A DNA stretch of 64,000 nt. It comes from Selaginella moellendorffii. Taxonomy: Eukaryota > Plantae > Lycopodiophyta. Below, piece after piece: positions 24,580 to 36,206 of the stretch. Below the pieces are notes generated by a model. It did no database searches, was not told where the DNA came from, and worked only from the letters and a program-made list of their open reading frames with translations. The translations under genes were made by a program, and so were the position numbers. Numbering within the stretch: position 1 is the first letter of the stretch; each line of letters begins with the position of its first letter. Location: NCBI RefSeq assembly GCF_000143415.4, contig NW_003314272.1, positions 1,620,374 to 1,684,373 of the forward strand, in the 5' to 3' direction.

Positions 24580-27219
24580 TCAAAACTCTCCACCTTCGGT
24601 AGCATACATGATCCCTGCATACATGTTAGCCAGCAGCACGTACTTAGCTGCAGCGTTCCGGTCGTTAAGCTCCGCGGCATGCCGCGCGGCAATGGCGCCT
24701 CGGCATACGTCACCGTGTTTACCGCACGCCCCCAGCAGCGTCATCCAGCCCACCAGCCCCGGCTGATATGGCATGCAGCCCAGCAAGCTCTCGGCCTCGT
24801 CGAGCTGCCCCAGCCGACCAAGCATGTCGACGATGCAAACGTAGTGCACGGCGCTGCAAGGTACTCCAAAGTCATCGCTCATGGACACAAAGATCCGCCA
24901 CCCTTGGTGCTTCAATCCGGCGTGGCTGCATCCCGAGAGTATCCCTGCCAAGCTCGCCTCGTCCGCGTTGAATCCTTGGAGCTCCATCTCCGAGAAGAGC
25001 TCCATGCTCGCGCTCCAAGATCGTGACCCGCCCAGCGCCGCCACAGCCCCAGCCATGGCGTTCCAGCTCGCGAGGCTCTTACGCTGGATGCCGCGGAATG
25101 CCACGCGGGCCTCCTCTAAGCTCCCGCAGCTCGCGTACATGGCCACCAGCGCGTTGCCGATGCACGAGCTCTCGCCCAAGAGCTCGCCCGGGATGGCATC
25201 ACGGTGGAGCGCTCTCCCCACCGCTATCTCGCCCAGCGCGCCACACGCGTTCAGCAGGAGCACGAATGTGATCTTGTCCGGCGTCACGCCGCCAGTGCCG
25301 CGCGTCGCATTGACTAGTTTGACCGTACCGCCCCTGCCGTTGACTGTACCGCCGTGGTTCAAGAGCTCGAGCGCGTCTCTCGGGCGACCGTTTTGGACGT
25401 AGACCGCGAGCATGGCGTTCCACGGCACGATGGTTTTGTCGGCAATGCGCTCGAATGACGATCGCGCAGCGTTGCAATCACCGCACTTGCCAAACATGTC
25501 GATCAGCGCGGTGCCCACGAACACTTCCGACTCCAAGCCGCGCGACACGACCGCGGAGTGAACCTCCCGCCCGGCGTCCAAGTCGGAGCTCCCTGCGCAG
25601 GCCTCGAGCACGCTCACAAACGTCGTCGCAGCCGGCTCGATCTCCATCTCGCGAAACAGCGCGAACGCTTCCTCGCGGCGGCCGCTCTGGGCGTAGGCCT
25701 GGATCATCGCAGTCCACGCCACCGTGCTCCTCGAGCGCATCGCGTCAAAGACTCCCCTCGCCTCGTCCGGCCGCCGGCGCTTGCCGTACAAGTCCACCAT
25801 CGCATTCCCGAGCACGCCATCGATTCCTAGCCCGGATCCCAGCGCGCGCTCCTCGAGCGATCTCGCCGCCGCGAGCGCGGCAAGCTCGTCCCTGGAAGAA
25901 GAACTGGATGCCAGCGCGTGCACGACGCTCACGAACGTCTGCTCGCTCGGCCTCACGCCTTCCAAGTCCATGGCGTGGAAAAGCTCCATCGCCTCGTCGC
26001 TGCGATCGCTCTGCGCGTAGGCCGCGATCATCGTCGTCCAGGATACGACGTTCTTCCTCTCGATGCTTGCGAAGATCTTCCTCGCGGCGTCTGGCATGGC
26101 ACACCTCCCATGCATCGTCACCAGGGCGCTGCTCACGACCTCGTCCTGCTCGAATCCGTGCTCCAAAACGCTTGCATGGAGCTCCCGCCCGAGCTTCCAG
26201 TCCGAGCACACCTTGAGGAGCTCGAGGTACGTGACGCAGTCGGGCTCCACGCCGTGGTTTCGTCGCATTTCCCGGTACAAATCCATAGCCGTGCTCGAGC
26301 TCGAGCTCCGGGCTTGCGCTGCGATCAGTTGGTTCCAGCAAAAAACGTTTTTTGCGTCGTGCCGGATCAAGTATCTCCGCGCATCGTCCAGGCTCCCGAG
26401 CTTGCAAAACATGCCAACGATCGCCAGTGCCACGGCTCTCACGGATCCAAAACCGCCATCCACGGCTCTTGTCTCGATCTCCCTTGCTTCTTCCAGATTC
26501 TCGCAGGCCTCGGCGATGGAAGCCAGAGTATACTCGTTTGGAGTCACGTCCATAGCCTTGTAGAGCTTCACGGCCTCTCGGTTTTGGCCACTTAGAGCAT
26601 ACGCTCGGATCATACTTGTCCAGGACACTACGTTCTTCTCACGTAGGCTGTCGAATATCTCGCGAGCTTCTCCCGGACGCTTGCATCGGCCATACATACC
26701 GATGAGCGCCGTCCCCACGACGAGATGAGCTCCAAATCCACAGGCATCCACGCGAGCACGTACATAAACCGCTAGATCGATCGAACCAAGCTCTGAGACC
26801 GACGATATGACGCTCACAAACGTTACTTCGCTCGGCTTGACTCCTTCCAGATCCATCTCTCGAAACAAATGCAATGCCTTCTTGCCATGCCCGGTCTGGG
26901 CATTTGCCGCAATGATAATGTTCCACGAGAAAACGTTCCTGTCGCCCATGCTTCTAAACACCGCATCTGCGTTACCCACGTCCTGGCACTTTCCATACAT
27001 CTCCATGAGAAGATTTGCCAGGAATCTATCAGATCCCATCCCCGATCCAGTAATCTGCCTGTGTAGGGACTTACCCCTGGAGAGATCCCTGCTGCGAGCG
27101 CATTCTCGCAAAGACCTCGCCAGCCTGCCACCATCTTGTGTGTTGGATTCGTGAAAATCACCCGCGGAAAGATGGAGATAGCAAGACGACCTTGGCCTTC
27201 TAGCAGAACGACCAAGCAT
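24580..27219 (-). CDS. PLS-class PPR protein with E domain (RNA editing factor type), intronless
   Basis: 879-aa ORF with repeated NVVSWT/N..MI.AYA motifs, HYVCIVDMLGRLGQL and E-domain WMTLLGAC..YVLLANMY; no DYW. Confidence 0.92.
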   Translation of the reverse strand: MLGRSARRPRSSCYLHLSAGDFHESNTQDGGRLARSLRECARSRDLSRGKSLHRQITGSGMGSDRFLANLLMEMYGKCQDVGNADAVFRSMGDRNVFSWNIIIAANAQTGHGKKALHLFREMDLEGVKPSEVTFVSVISSVSELGSIDLAVYVRARVDACGFGAHLVVGTALIGMYGRCKRPGEAREIFDSLREKNVVSWTSMIRAYALSGQNREAVKLYKAMDVTPNEYTLASIAEACENLEEAREIETRAVDGGFGSVRAVALAIVGMFCKLGSLDDARRYLIRHDAKNVFCWNQLIAAQARSSSSSTAMDLYREMRRNHGVEPDCVTYLELLKVCSDWKLGRELHASVLEHGFEQDEVVSSALVTMHGRCAMPDAARKIFASIERKNVVSWTTMIAAYAQSDRSDEAMELFHAMDLEGVRPSEQTFVSVVHALASSSSSRDELAALAAARSLEERALGSGLGIDGVLGNAMVDLYGKRRRPDEARGVFDAMRSRSTVAWTAMIQAYAQSGRREEAFALFREMEIEPAATTFVSVLEACAGSSDLDAGREVHSAVVSRGLESEVFVGTALIDMFGKCGDCNAARSSFERIADKTIVPWNAMLAVYVQNGRPRDALELLNHGGTVNGRGGTVKLVNATRGTGGVTPDKITFVLLLNACGALGEIAVGRALHRDAIPGELLGESSCIGNALVAMYASCGSLEEARVAFRGIQRKSLASWNAMAGAVAALGGSRSWSASMELFSEMELQGFNADEASLAGILSGCSHAGLKHQGWRIFVSMSDDFGVPCSAVHYVCIVDMLGRLGQLDEAESLLGCMPYQPGLVGWMTLLGACGKHGDVCRGAIAARHAAELNDRNAAAKYVLLANMYAGIMYATEGGEF

Positions 27220-29045
27220 CCACTGTTAAGTCGGGCAGCCGAGGTTGGGGCCGATATGCCTAGCCGGGCACCCGAGATAGTAGCGGAGACCGAGCTCGAC
27301 ATAATTCACATTTGCTGCCACACTGCCAGCCAAAGCTTCTGGATCAAACTAAGTACCATCGTTTTTTGGATTGATGGTGGCTCGTTCTAGAAACTTTTTA
27401 TGCGCAGCTAGCTGTGTGTCGCTACAACATCCAACCCGATTGGGCAGCAGCCCCTCGTGGAGTTGCCGGACAACTGCCAGGATCTTCTTCGCAGCATCAG
27501 GTCTTGAAGGAAAAATATAAAATCTGAGAGATAGGGACTTCGCCATCGTCGGAGAGCAACTTTTGAGAGCTTGCTACAACGTGGGCGATCGAGGTTTTCT
27601 GCTTTCTTTAAAATAATAATAACTTATTATTACTGCTACTATTATTATTATTGTTATTGTCAGCATATAGAAAAGACTCATTCATTTCCAAGCGGCTGTA
27701 AGGCCATTGACAAGAAAAGAGAAAGATGCTCTTGGCAGTGGCTCCATTTGGCTGTGTCTGGATGGATCGGCCGCCTCGAGATGTGTAGAACAACACACCC
27801 ATTATTATTACAGACTTGCAGCCAAAAGCTTGGAGCAAACCAAGAAATTTTCCCTCCAAGGACAAGAAAAGTGGGGGATCCGTCTTGAGCATGCTTTGTT
27901 TGTGGGTGTGCCTCGATTTTACTCACTACCAAAAGCAAAGATGCTAGCAACGGTGGATTTGTGAGCGATTCATGGGAGCATTTGTCATGAGAGATGGGCG
28001 ATAGATCTTTCAAAGGCTTCTCGCTTGCTTGTTCTTCACATCAAAGAAGAGAGAAACTTGACGCTAGCTAACTCAATCTTTCCCATCTTTCCCCCACCGA
28101 CTTGGCAACCCATGGGGTCCAAAACAATTTGGTGCATTGATTTAGCGGTGGAGGTGCTGCCACCCGCACAGTGCATCCCTGGCAGTGATCAAGGACGTGT
28201 TTCCTCGTCGATCCACATAAAGAAAACGAAATACATTTTCCAGGCATGAGAAACCAAAATATATATATACTGTATTTCTTTCTTTCTTTAAATTTTTTGG
28301 AATGGTGTTATAATCGGGCAACAAACATGCGTACCACGACGGTGCGCCCCAAAAACACGCAACACGAAAGCAATCACACCGCAAAACAAGACAAATTTTC
28401 TTGCCTTTTTTGACCCCCCCAAACTCTCTTTAATTGCAGGAAAACAAAAGAAAAGCACGCATTTTCCAAAAAAGAAACTTAATAAGAACACCTGCAGCTA
28501 CCCAACGAATTTATTTCAGTTTTTGCCTAGCGAGGAGCTACGTCGCCAGATTGAATGAAGCAGACTGTGACCACACCACCCCTCCAGAGAAATTGGATAA
28601 ACAGCCCAAAGTGATCCCATATAGTGACATGACTCTCCAATGCTCTTCTTCCTCTAAGTTGCGATGGAAGTGACAGATCCAGAGATCAAACAAAAAGGAA
28701 AAGAAAAAGATGTATCACGTACGTACACGGTGGTGGGTTATACTGTCACTATACCCAGAGTACTACACACACATGGCTACATGCCACTTTGAATGGAAGT
28801 GACCACGAGCAATGGAGTTAACAGTCCCTGTTAGACTTCTATTTTTAACAGGACCCGTGCCTTTAAGCTTGTCATCCATCTCTCTCTTGACACACACAAC
28901 ATTCTTCTTATATCCTCTTTATAACCATTTTCTCACTTGAAGCGTTGCTTTGCGCGTTTGACTCAGTGTACTTTGGACGTCAGATTAAAAAGCCTCGCTT
29001 CATGTGTGTGTACGCTCTCGCCTCCTTGATGAGGAGATTGGGGAG

Positions 29046-29053
29046 TATAAATA
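29046..29053 (+). promoter_or_regulatory. TATA box of CLE gene
   Basis: TATAAATA ~160 bp upstream of the ATG, followed by a pyrimidine-rich leader. Confidence 0.55.
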
Positions 29054-29205
29054 CTGCCGTCCCCAAACAATTTCTTCCAAGCGTTTTTACTTTCTCTCTT
29101 GTTCTGCTTCGTCCTCGTTTTCGGCCGAGAATTCATCTCCAACGTTTTGTTTGCTTGCTCTTGTCGTTGCTGGTTTCATTTCCCCCGAAAGTTGTCAGCG
29201 AAAGT

Positions 29206-29517
29206 ATGGCCGAGAGAAGCTCGAAGAATGCCGTGGTTTTCCTCTTGTTGGCCATGGCTTTGTCCTGTTACTTTGTCTTCCCGGTCTCGGCGAGCAGTCG
29301 AAAGCTGGCCCAAGCCATGAAGCAGCAGCACAAGGCGGAGGAGCTCGCGTCTCAAACGCCGCCGGGCTCGGCTACCAGCGTTGCTCCTCTCGATCCTGCT
29401 GCTGCCACCACTCAGTTCGTTGCCCCGGACACGAACTCCAACAAGCTCGATTCCGCCCCGGCCGAGGATGATCTGCATTACGTGAGGAGTGCTCCCAATC
29501 CGATGCACAACAAGTGA
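29206..29517 (+). CDS. CLE-family secreted peptide precursor (103 aa), atypical dodecapeptide HYVRSAPNPMHN
   Basis: Signal peptide MAERSSKNAVVFLLLAMALSCYFVFPVSA, SRKL motif, variable region, C-terminal 12-mer (29476-29511) plus K then stop. Confidence 0.85.
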   Translation: MAERSSKNAVVFLLLAMALSCYFVFPVSASSRKLAQAMKQQHKAEELASQTPPGSATSVAPLDPAAATTQFVAPDTNSNKLDSAPAEDDLHYVRSAPNPMHNK

Positions 29518-32050
29518 CATACCTCTCTCAAGTATCTCGTAGCGTAGCAGCGGATCCGCCCCGGAAGTTCCCAAAGTTCCATCTCCGGGAGTTTGTAGGA
29601 AGACGTTTCCACCTGGTTCAAAAGTCGGGGGCTTTGATCTCGAGTCAAGTCGAGTCGGGTCGAGTCGAGGAGTTTCTTTCCTTCCCGGTGGTGATGGTCG
29701 ATGATGATGATGATGATGATGAAGATGATGTTTCTGGCAAGTAAAAGAAGAATATCAGAGTCTCACGACTTGAAGAGTTTCGTGTCGTTTTCGTTCTAAC
29801 ATGGACTTTTGTTCTTTGTTCTTTGTTTCTCTTTCTTTCCTTGTTTGCGTTTCAGCTGAAGGAAAATCACCGTTGGAAGGTCGTTTGGTCAATCATCGCC
29901 CAACAGCAAGTCGCGGCAGCCACTCAAATCCTTCTGGATCTTGCACTGCTGCCGAATCAATAAATTAGTCCCAGGAGCGAGCAGCAGCCACTCAGATATG
30001 GTCCCCCGGCTCGTACGACGCAATGGAAACTTTTATCTCTCCTGTTCGCTGTCACTCCTGTTCCATCATCATCAGCTGCAGCAGCAGGAGCATGGCATCC
30101 AGAGTTAAGAGAGGAAAACAAAAATAAAAGAAGGAAAAATCTGCTTGCCTTCCAACTTTAACTTCTCCACCCGAAAGCCGTCCTGGGAGAGAGTGGAGCG
30201 TCGAGACGAGAGATGACGAAGACCGGAAGATATTTTCCCGGCAGCAGCGAAGGAGCTCGCGTGTTTGGAGCTTGGATCCACTGCGGAGGGGATGGGCGAT
30301 GATTGCCAGCATCACGGACAGATTGTAGGACTGTCGTGAGACGAGAGAGATCTTGACCTTCCTTTGGATTGGATTGCAAGCAACAATGGCCTCCAAACTC
30401 ATTCATGTGTCCATGTTTCTCGCTTCCACGAGTGTCCTGTCAAAGGCTTGTCTGCGTGTGTCCCATATCGATATGTCTCGTTGCTCTCAAACGCTCCAGC
30501 GAGTTTCGGGACGGGAGGAGAGTTGTAGTCCATATGTTTGCGATGAGTACTCGTGCACCAATCTATGGAGAGCTCCAAAAACTCAATCGTACTCTTCCAC
30601 TCCTGGAAATGCGTGCTTGCAGGAACAAAGAAAAACGGGAGTAAGGCAAAAACGTAAAAACGGGAAAGCAAAGTTCGGATCGAAAGGATAAGGGAGAGAG
30701 CAAGCTGTAGTTTCATCCTCATTCACACTCGCGAAACGACGTCCTACAGACACAGCGACGTAATGGCGTCAATGACACAGTGATTGACGCAAGGACAACA
30801 AGCACAAAAGAACACCGTGTTCTTTTCCGTGCACCAAAGCTAGGAAAAATATCACATACCAAGCAGAAATCGCAGTGAGCGACCGCGAGTGAGTTTCTTG
30901 CCTTCTTTTCCATCTCTGGCACGAATGCATCCTACCAGCAAGGCAAATCCAGCCGAAGATGGACTGAACACGAAGAGGGAGGAAACTTAACACACAGGCG
31001 AGACGAGCTATGCCAAAAGGAAAAGTGCTCCAACAAAAAGATCTCGCTGGGCACAGAATAAAGCTGCGATGATGATCCATCTAGGCTATACAGCGCTGGA
31101 CATGGCTGCTTGATTCAAGACACGGCAAAGACACACACATACACAGAGCTCTTCTTCGTTTCCGACACGAAACAAGCAAGCTCATAAAGAAAGGAATGGG
31201 ATTTGCAGGGCAGTCAGGGACCAACTTTTACCTGTGCGAGAGCGCCGGAGGAGCTGGCGATGTGGACATTGCGAGATCTCTCGGCGGATCGCCAATGACG
31301 CGCTCCCCCCATTTTTTAACTTTGAGTTTCTAAAAATTAGGGCTCTTGAGGGCAGGTATCGCTCTAGCTTCCTCTCTTAGTGGTTCTTTCGTTCTCACGC
31401 TTTTGTGGTTGATTTCGGGAAAAGAATGTAGTTTCTTCGATGGTATTGCCAGTTCTTGCACATTTATTTTGTGAGTTCTATCATTAAAAATGTGTAGTTT
31501 TATATATCTTTGCAGAGTTAGTGGATCTGGCAGCACTCGTTTTCATTTCGTTGCCGTCTCGTATAGTCGGTACCGACGTCCACTGTTCGTATTCCTTTTT
31601 TTAGTTCTCTCTTTAACTCACGCTGTGCTAGGAAGATCTTATTTCGCAACAGCTTCTGGACGAGGTTGGCAGTACTGTGGTAGTGGAAACGCATTGTATA
31701 TGCGAGACAGCTTCTTCTTTTATTTCTCTGCTCCTACATGCTTGAAGGTATAGTTTCTCTGGAGCAGGAAAACAAAGCTATCTGGCTGCCCCGAAAGAAG
31801 GTTCGCGTTCTATTCTCTTGCAAACTATGAAAGTTTTTTCGCGTGTTTGTGTTTGTTTCACGCATATACTCATTTTCGCTGCAATTTCTGAACTCATTCT
31901 TGACATAACATTGACTTTTGCTCGATCATTCCTTCGTTTGTAGATCCCTCTTTTTCACTTTCTTCCTGTCCTTTTCTTATTACATTGAATAGTTTTGTAC
32001 AAGTATTATCAATCGTGTTCGAGTTGAGCAATAGACATCTTATAAAGTGT

Positions 32051-32645
32051 ATGTCCCAGACTTCTTTCAACGAGCTCTGCGAGGTATGGAAGGTTTCTCT
32101 CGTCGGTTTTGGATTCACAATCAACTGTTTGCAGACTCTGACTATGGACTCGTAAGCCGATATGATCCAATTTTGGTTCCTCGGACAGGTACTGTAAGTA
32201 TATTTTGGTTACCATTTCAGAGTCTTACAGGTTCTATCTATCTATATATGCTGTTTTGATAGTCTTATAGTGCCCAACTTGAAGCATGAGACTGATGGAT
32301 GCAAAAATGCAAGTTGGATTATCTTTTTCGCGTCGGTGGCGTCCTTGTTGTACTAGTGTTACTGCCATATCCATTTCTCCCAAAGCTTCAAGGTGTTGCT
32401 TGCTATACTGTCTCATCGTTGTAATTATTAAAACTGGCTTATCGGTACGACTCGTTTCACCATTTCGTTTCCTAGATTTCTCTTCTATTCGATATTGCAG
32501 GGACTGCGTTCTTTATTCTCGTCAACAACTCAGTGGCATGTATTCAGTTGCGAGCTCGAAAACGAAGGGACACAGGAAAAATCGCAGCTAGAAACTGCAA
32601 ATGGAGCCTTGTTTCTTTCTAGGCCCTTCAATTGGAGGCTTCACT
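32051..32645 (+). pseudogene. Internally deleted duplicate of the ZIFL gene
   Basis: Exon 1 MSQTSFNELCE|gt is followed directly by copies of the late exons/introns (34860-35290); the central exons are absent. Confidence 0.8.
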
Positions 32646-33207
32646 CGCGGGAAATTTTAAGCACTTTCTTTTAAACAAAAACTGGTGTTTTTTTTGTTTT
32701 TTTGCAGAGTTATATGCTTTAGTCCTTCCCTCTGATGCCGCAATCCAGGTATCGATTTACTCTCCATCTTTTCTTCACCTTTGTGGTGCTTGTGTGATTT
32801 TGAGGAAAGAAAAATTATTTTTCTTTTGATCGATTTGCATTCATCTCTATCTCTCTATGTCGTCTAGTCATTCTCGGTTTAGTTAACTGTTTGTGATGAT
32901 TTATGATACTCTTTCAGATAGCAACTGCTGTAAATAAAAAGTCTGGCGATCATGGAGTCATTTTTGCTCTGCGGTTTGCCATTTGTGAGCTCATTCTTGC
33001 AACTCAACATTGAAGTTTGTTAAATCCTTCATTTGATTTGGAGCATTGTGCAGCGATCATTGTCTACTTCCTTGCTCAACTTCACTTTCTTTCTTTACTC
33101 CTCAGTTTTGTACAATCTGGACTGTTAAAGGATTGGACATCTTACCACGATCTTGTCTTACGCGGACATGTAAAGTGTCCACACTTTGATATTTCACAAC
33201 TATTGAG

Positions 33208-35549
33208 ATGTCCCAGAGCTCTTTCAACGCGCTCTGCGAGGTATGGCGATGTTCTTTGCTCGGTTTTGATTCTCAATCAACTGTTTACAGGGTTTGCTCG
33301 CCCCTGAGGACGAGGAGCAGCACCAAACGCACATCGTGGAGGGATGCCCCGGATGCAAATGCTCGCATTTGCAACGCTCGGGAGCTCCTTTTCCCAGAGG
33401 AATGATGCTCGTTGTCCTAACCATGTCGATGCTGAATGGTAACTTACTTGAGAGACTACACTTGAGATCACCAAAACAGTTCCATTCTTTGCCGTGCAGC
33501 GCTACCGATCCAGATCCTCTATCCATTCCTTTATTTTATGGTACGGCATACAACGTTGATACTGCTTCACCTATAGTCCTTTGTTTTCGCTTTCAACAGG
33601 TTGAAGATTTCCATGTCGACAAGAGGAAGATTGGCACATTCGCCGGCCTCATTGGTAATGCAGTGATTTCTTCCTTCTTTCTTTGTTATTCATTAAGCTA
33701 AGCAGCCAGTGGATATATGGTTGGAAGAACTGCTACCGGTTTTGCGTGGGGATATATGGCCGATCACCACGGAAGAAAACCGGTCATCTTTTGCGGGATG
33801 CTCTCCTTGTAAGGCTTCATTCGTGGTTACATGTTTTTTCTTATTCTCGTCATTACCTGCAGGATTGTGTTCAATGCTTTGTTCGGTGTGAGTACCTCTG
33901 TCTGGATGGCATTCATAACGCGCTTTCTGCTTGGAGCGGGCAATGGTCTGTTTGCCATTTTGGCGGTAAGTAGAATATAAAGTTTCTGCGTTTAGCGAAC
34001 GTTTCCCAGGTTTATGCGACGGAGATTTCTAGTATTGAGCATCGGCCTTTTGGACTGTCGACTGTAAGCTTTAGATTCTCTGGGTTCCGAGATCGGCATA
34101 ACGTTTTTCTTGATTTCTAGAATACTATAGTTTGGGGACTGGGACTGATCATTGGTCCAAGCATTGGAGGCTTTTTATCAAAGGTTTCATCACTTGGAGA
34201 TCTATATCTTACTCCTCTTGTTTACTTGCTTTTCTCTGTTTCCAGCCTGCAGAGAAGTATCCTGGTCTTTTTGAGAACACGTTCTTTGACAGGTAGGCGG
34301 AATGTTCTGACGAAGAAGTGTTCTGTACAAAAACGCTTGAACAGATATCCGTATTTGCTTCCACCGCTAGCATTGTCGTTATTCACATTTTTTTTGATGT
34401 TTTCCCTCCTCCAACTTCCGGTGAGTCCTGAATTTCGAGTAGATTATCTGATCGCGAGTGCTCTCACCAGGAAACTCGGCATAACCATATCATTGCATCT
34501 CCCAACAAAAGCGAGAAGAGTAACTCGATATTTAGAAACTATTCTTTCTGGATATCCAACGTCGTCTACTGCTTGTGGGCTTTTCACGAGATTGCATACA
34601 ATGAGGTAAAACTTTGGTTTCGATTTCTCCTTTATGTTTCTTCGTTATCATTTTTTTGGTCAAATTTGCAGACTTTTCCACTTTGGGCTGTAAGTCCTGG
34701 TGGACTCAGATGGTCAAGCCAAACTGTTGGTTTGGTTCTCGCATTTACAGGTGACGAACTCGAGAGTTTACTTCAAGCTGTGACATTGTTTTCTCTTTTA
34801 TTTTTTCCATCTCAGGTGTTTGCCTGGTGTTTAATATGCTGTTTATTTTTCCCATGCTCATAAACCGTTATGGTCCAATTTTGGTAGCGCGGACAGGCAC
34901 TGTAAGTATATTTCGTTTACCATTCCAGGATCTTCCTTGTTTTTCAGGTTCTAAGCCTAATAGTGTTACTGCCATATCCATTTCTCCCAAAGCTTCAAGG
35001 TGTTGCTTGCTACGTTACCGTGATTATCGTTATAGTTATTAAAACCGGCTTATCGGTACGACTTGTTTCACCATTTACTTTTCTAGATTTCTCTTCTCTT
35101 CGATATTGCAGGCAGTAACAATCACTGCGTTGTTTATTCTCGTCAACAACTCAGTGGTATGTATTTGGATGTGAGCCCGAAACGATGATATTTTCCATTC
35201 CAGGAAATATCGCAGCTAGGAACTGCAAATGGCATTTCAACCAGCCTCGTTTCTCTCTCTCGAGCTTTAGGCCCTTCAATTGGAGGCTTCATGTAAGTCC
35301 CTCAGGTTTCGTTCTCAGCGTATGTGCGTTTGGTTCTCGTGTAGATTCTCGTGTGCCCAGGCCCGACCAGACACCACATTTCTTCCTGGTAAACAATGCG
35401 AATGCTTGCTCGCAAGTTTACGCTCCCTCTCTACAGGTAATCAGCTACTATTTTCTTTCCTTGGCGGCTTTGCGATCGTCGTTTTTCTTGGAACTTGGGA
35501 GCCAATTCTTCCTAGCTCTACCAATAAACCAAAATTCCACCATGTATAG
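33208..35549 (+). CDS. Zinc-induced facilitator-like MFS transporter, multi-exon
   Basis: EGCPGC, LPIQILYPFLYFM|VEDFH, WGYMADHHGRKPVI, RFLLGAGNG, WGLGLIIGPSIGG, PAEKYP, FLPGNQLLF: ZIF1/ZIFL family signatures. Confidence 0.88.
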
Positions 35550-35624
35550 TCAAGTCAATATAATGTTAGTTGGATTATTGAGATCTTATTCTTTGTAGAG
35601 TTCCTGATAATCTCTATTTAGAAC

Positions 35625-36128
35625 ATTTGCGCGGCCGTCGCGTTAGAGGGGTTTGAGTGTTGTTCAACAAGCGGGAGGATGTGAAACTGGGAGGGATGGA
35701 GCACGGCCAAGTTCTTCAAGTAGGTGCGTAATGCGATCCTCTCCGACGCACCTCACACATGCCGTGTCAGCGCTTCATCCTCGACATCGGCGCATGCCAT
35801 CCTTGCAAAGAAGTTGTGGTTCTTGTATTTGGAACTAGAATAGTTTTAAAGTACACGATCCAGGACAAATCGCAGCTAGGAACTGGCAAGCCATGTAAAT
35901 GGCATTTCAACCAGCCTTGTTTCTCTCTCTCTCGCTCTTTAGACTCAATTGGAGGCTTCGCGTATGTCCCTCCAGTTCCATCCCTCTGAGCATATGTGCG
36001 TCTGGTTCTCGTGTAGATTCTCGTGTGACCAGACGTTGCATTTCTTCCTGGTAACTCTCCTTCCTCCCTCTTCACTGGTGGTCAGCGATGGTCGTTTTCC
36101 TTGAGCTCGCTCTACCAATAAACCAAAA
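35625..36128 (+). pseudogene. Tandem-duplication debris: deleted copy of the 36207 ORF plus second copy of the ZIFL 3' end
   Basis: 35663-35800 matches 36300-36650 with large deletions; 35862-36128 matches 35200-35536. Confidence 0.8.
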
Positions 36129-36206
36129 ATATTGCTAGAATATTGCTATTATCGTCTTAAATTATGGTGTTCCTCTTTTTAGGGTTCTTGAGAATCTGAG
36201 AAGACC

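Noticed and set aside
24679-27154. Many plus-strand and alternate-frame ORFs over the PPR gene (likewise over KRI1, the kinase and BELL)
   Set aside because: Shadow ORFs of GC-rich coding sequence.
27620-27660. (TAT)n tract; also (GAT)n near 29700 and (CTT)n near 55570
   Set aside because: Ordinary microsatellites.
28945-29205. Upstream part of the 190-aa ORF containing the CLE gene
   Set aside because: Spans the TATA box and leader; the signal peptide starts at 29206.
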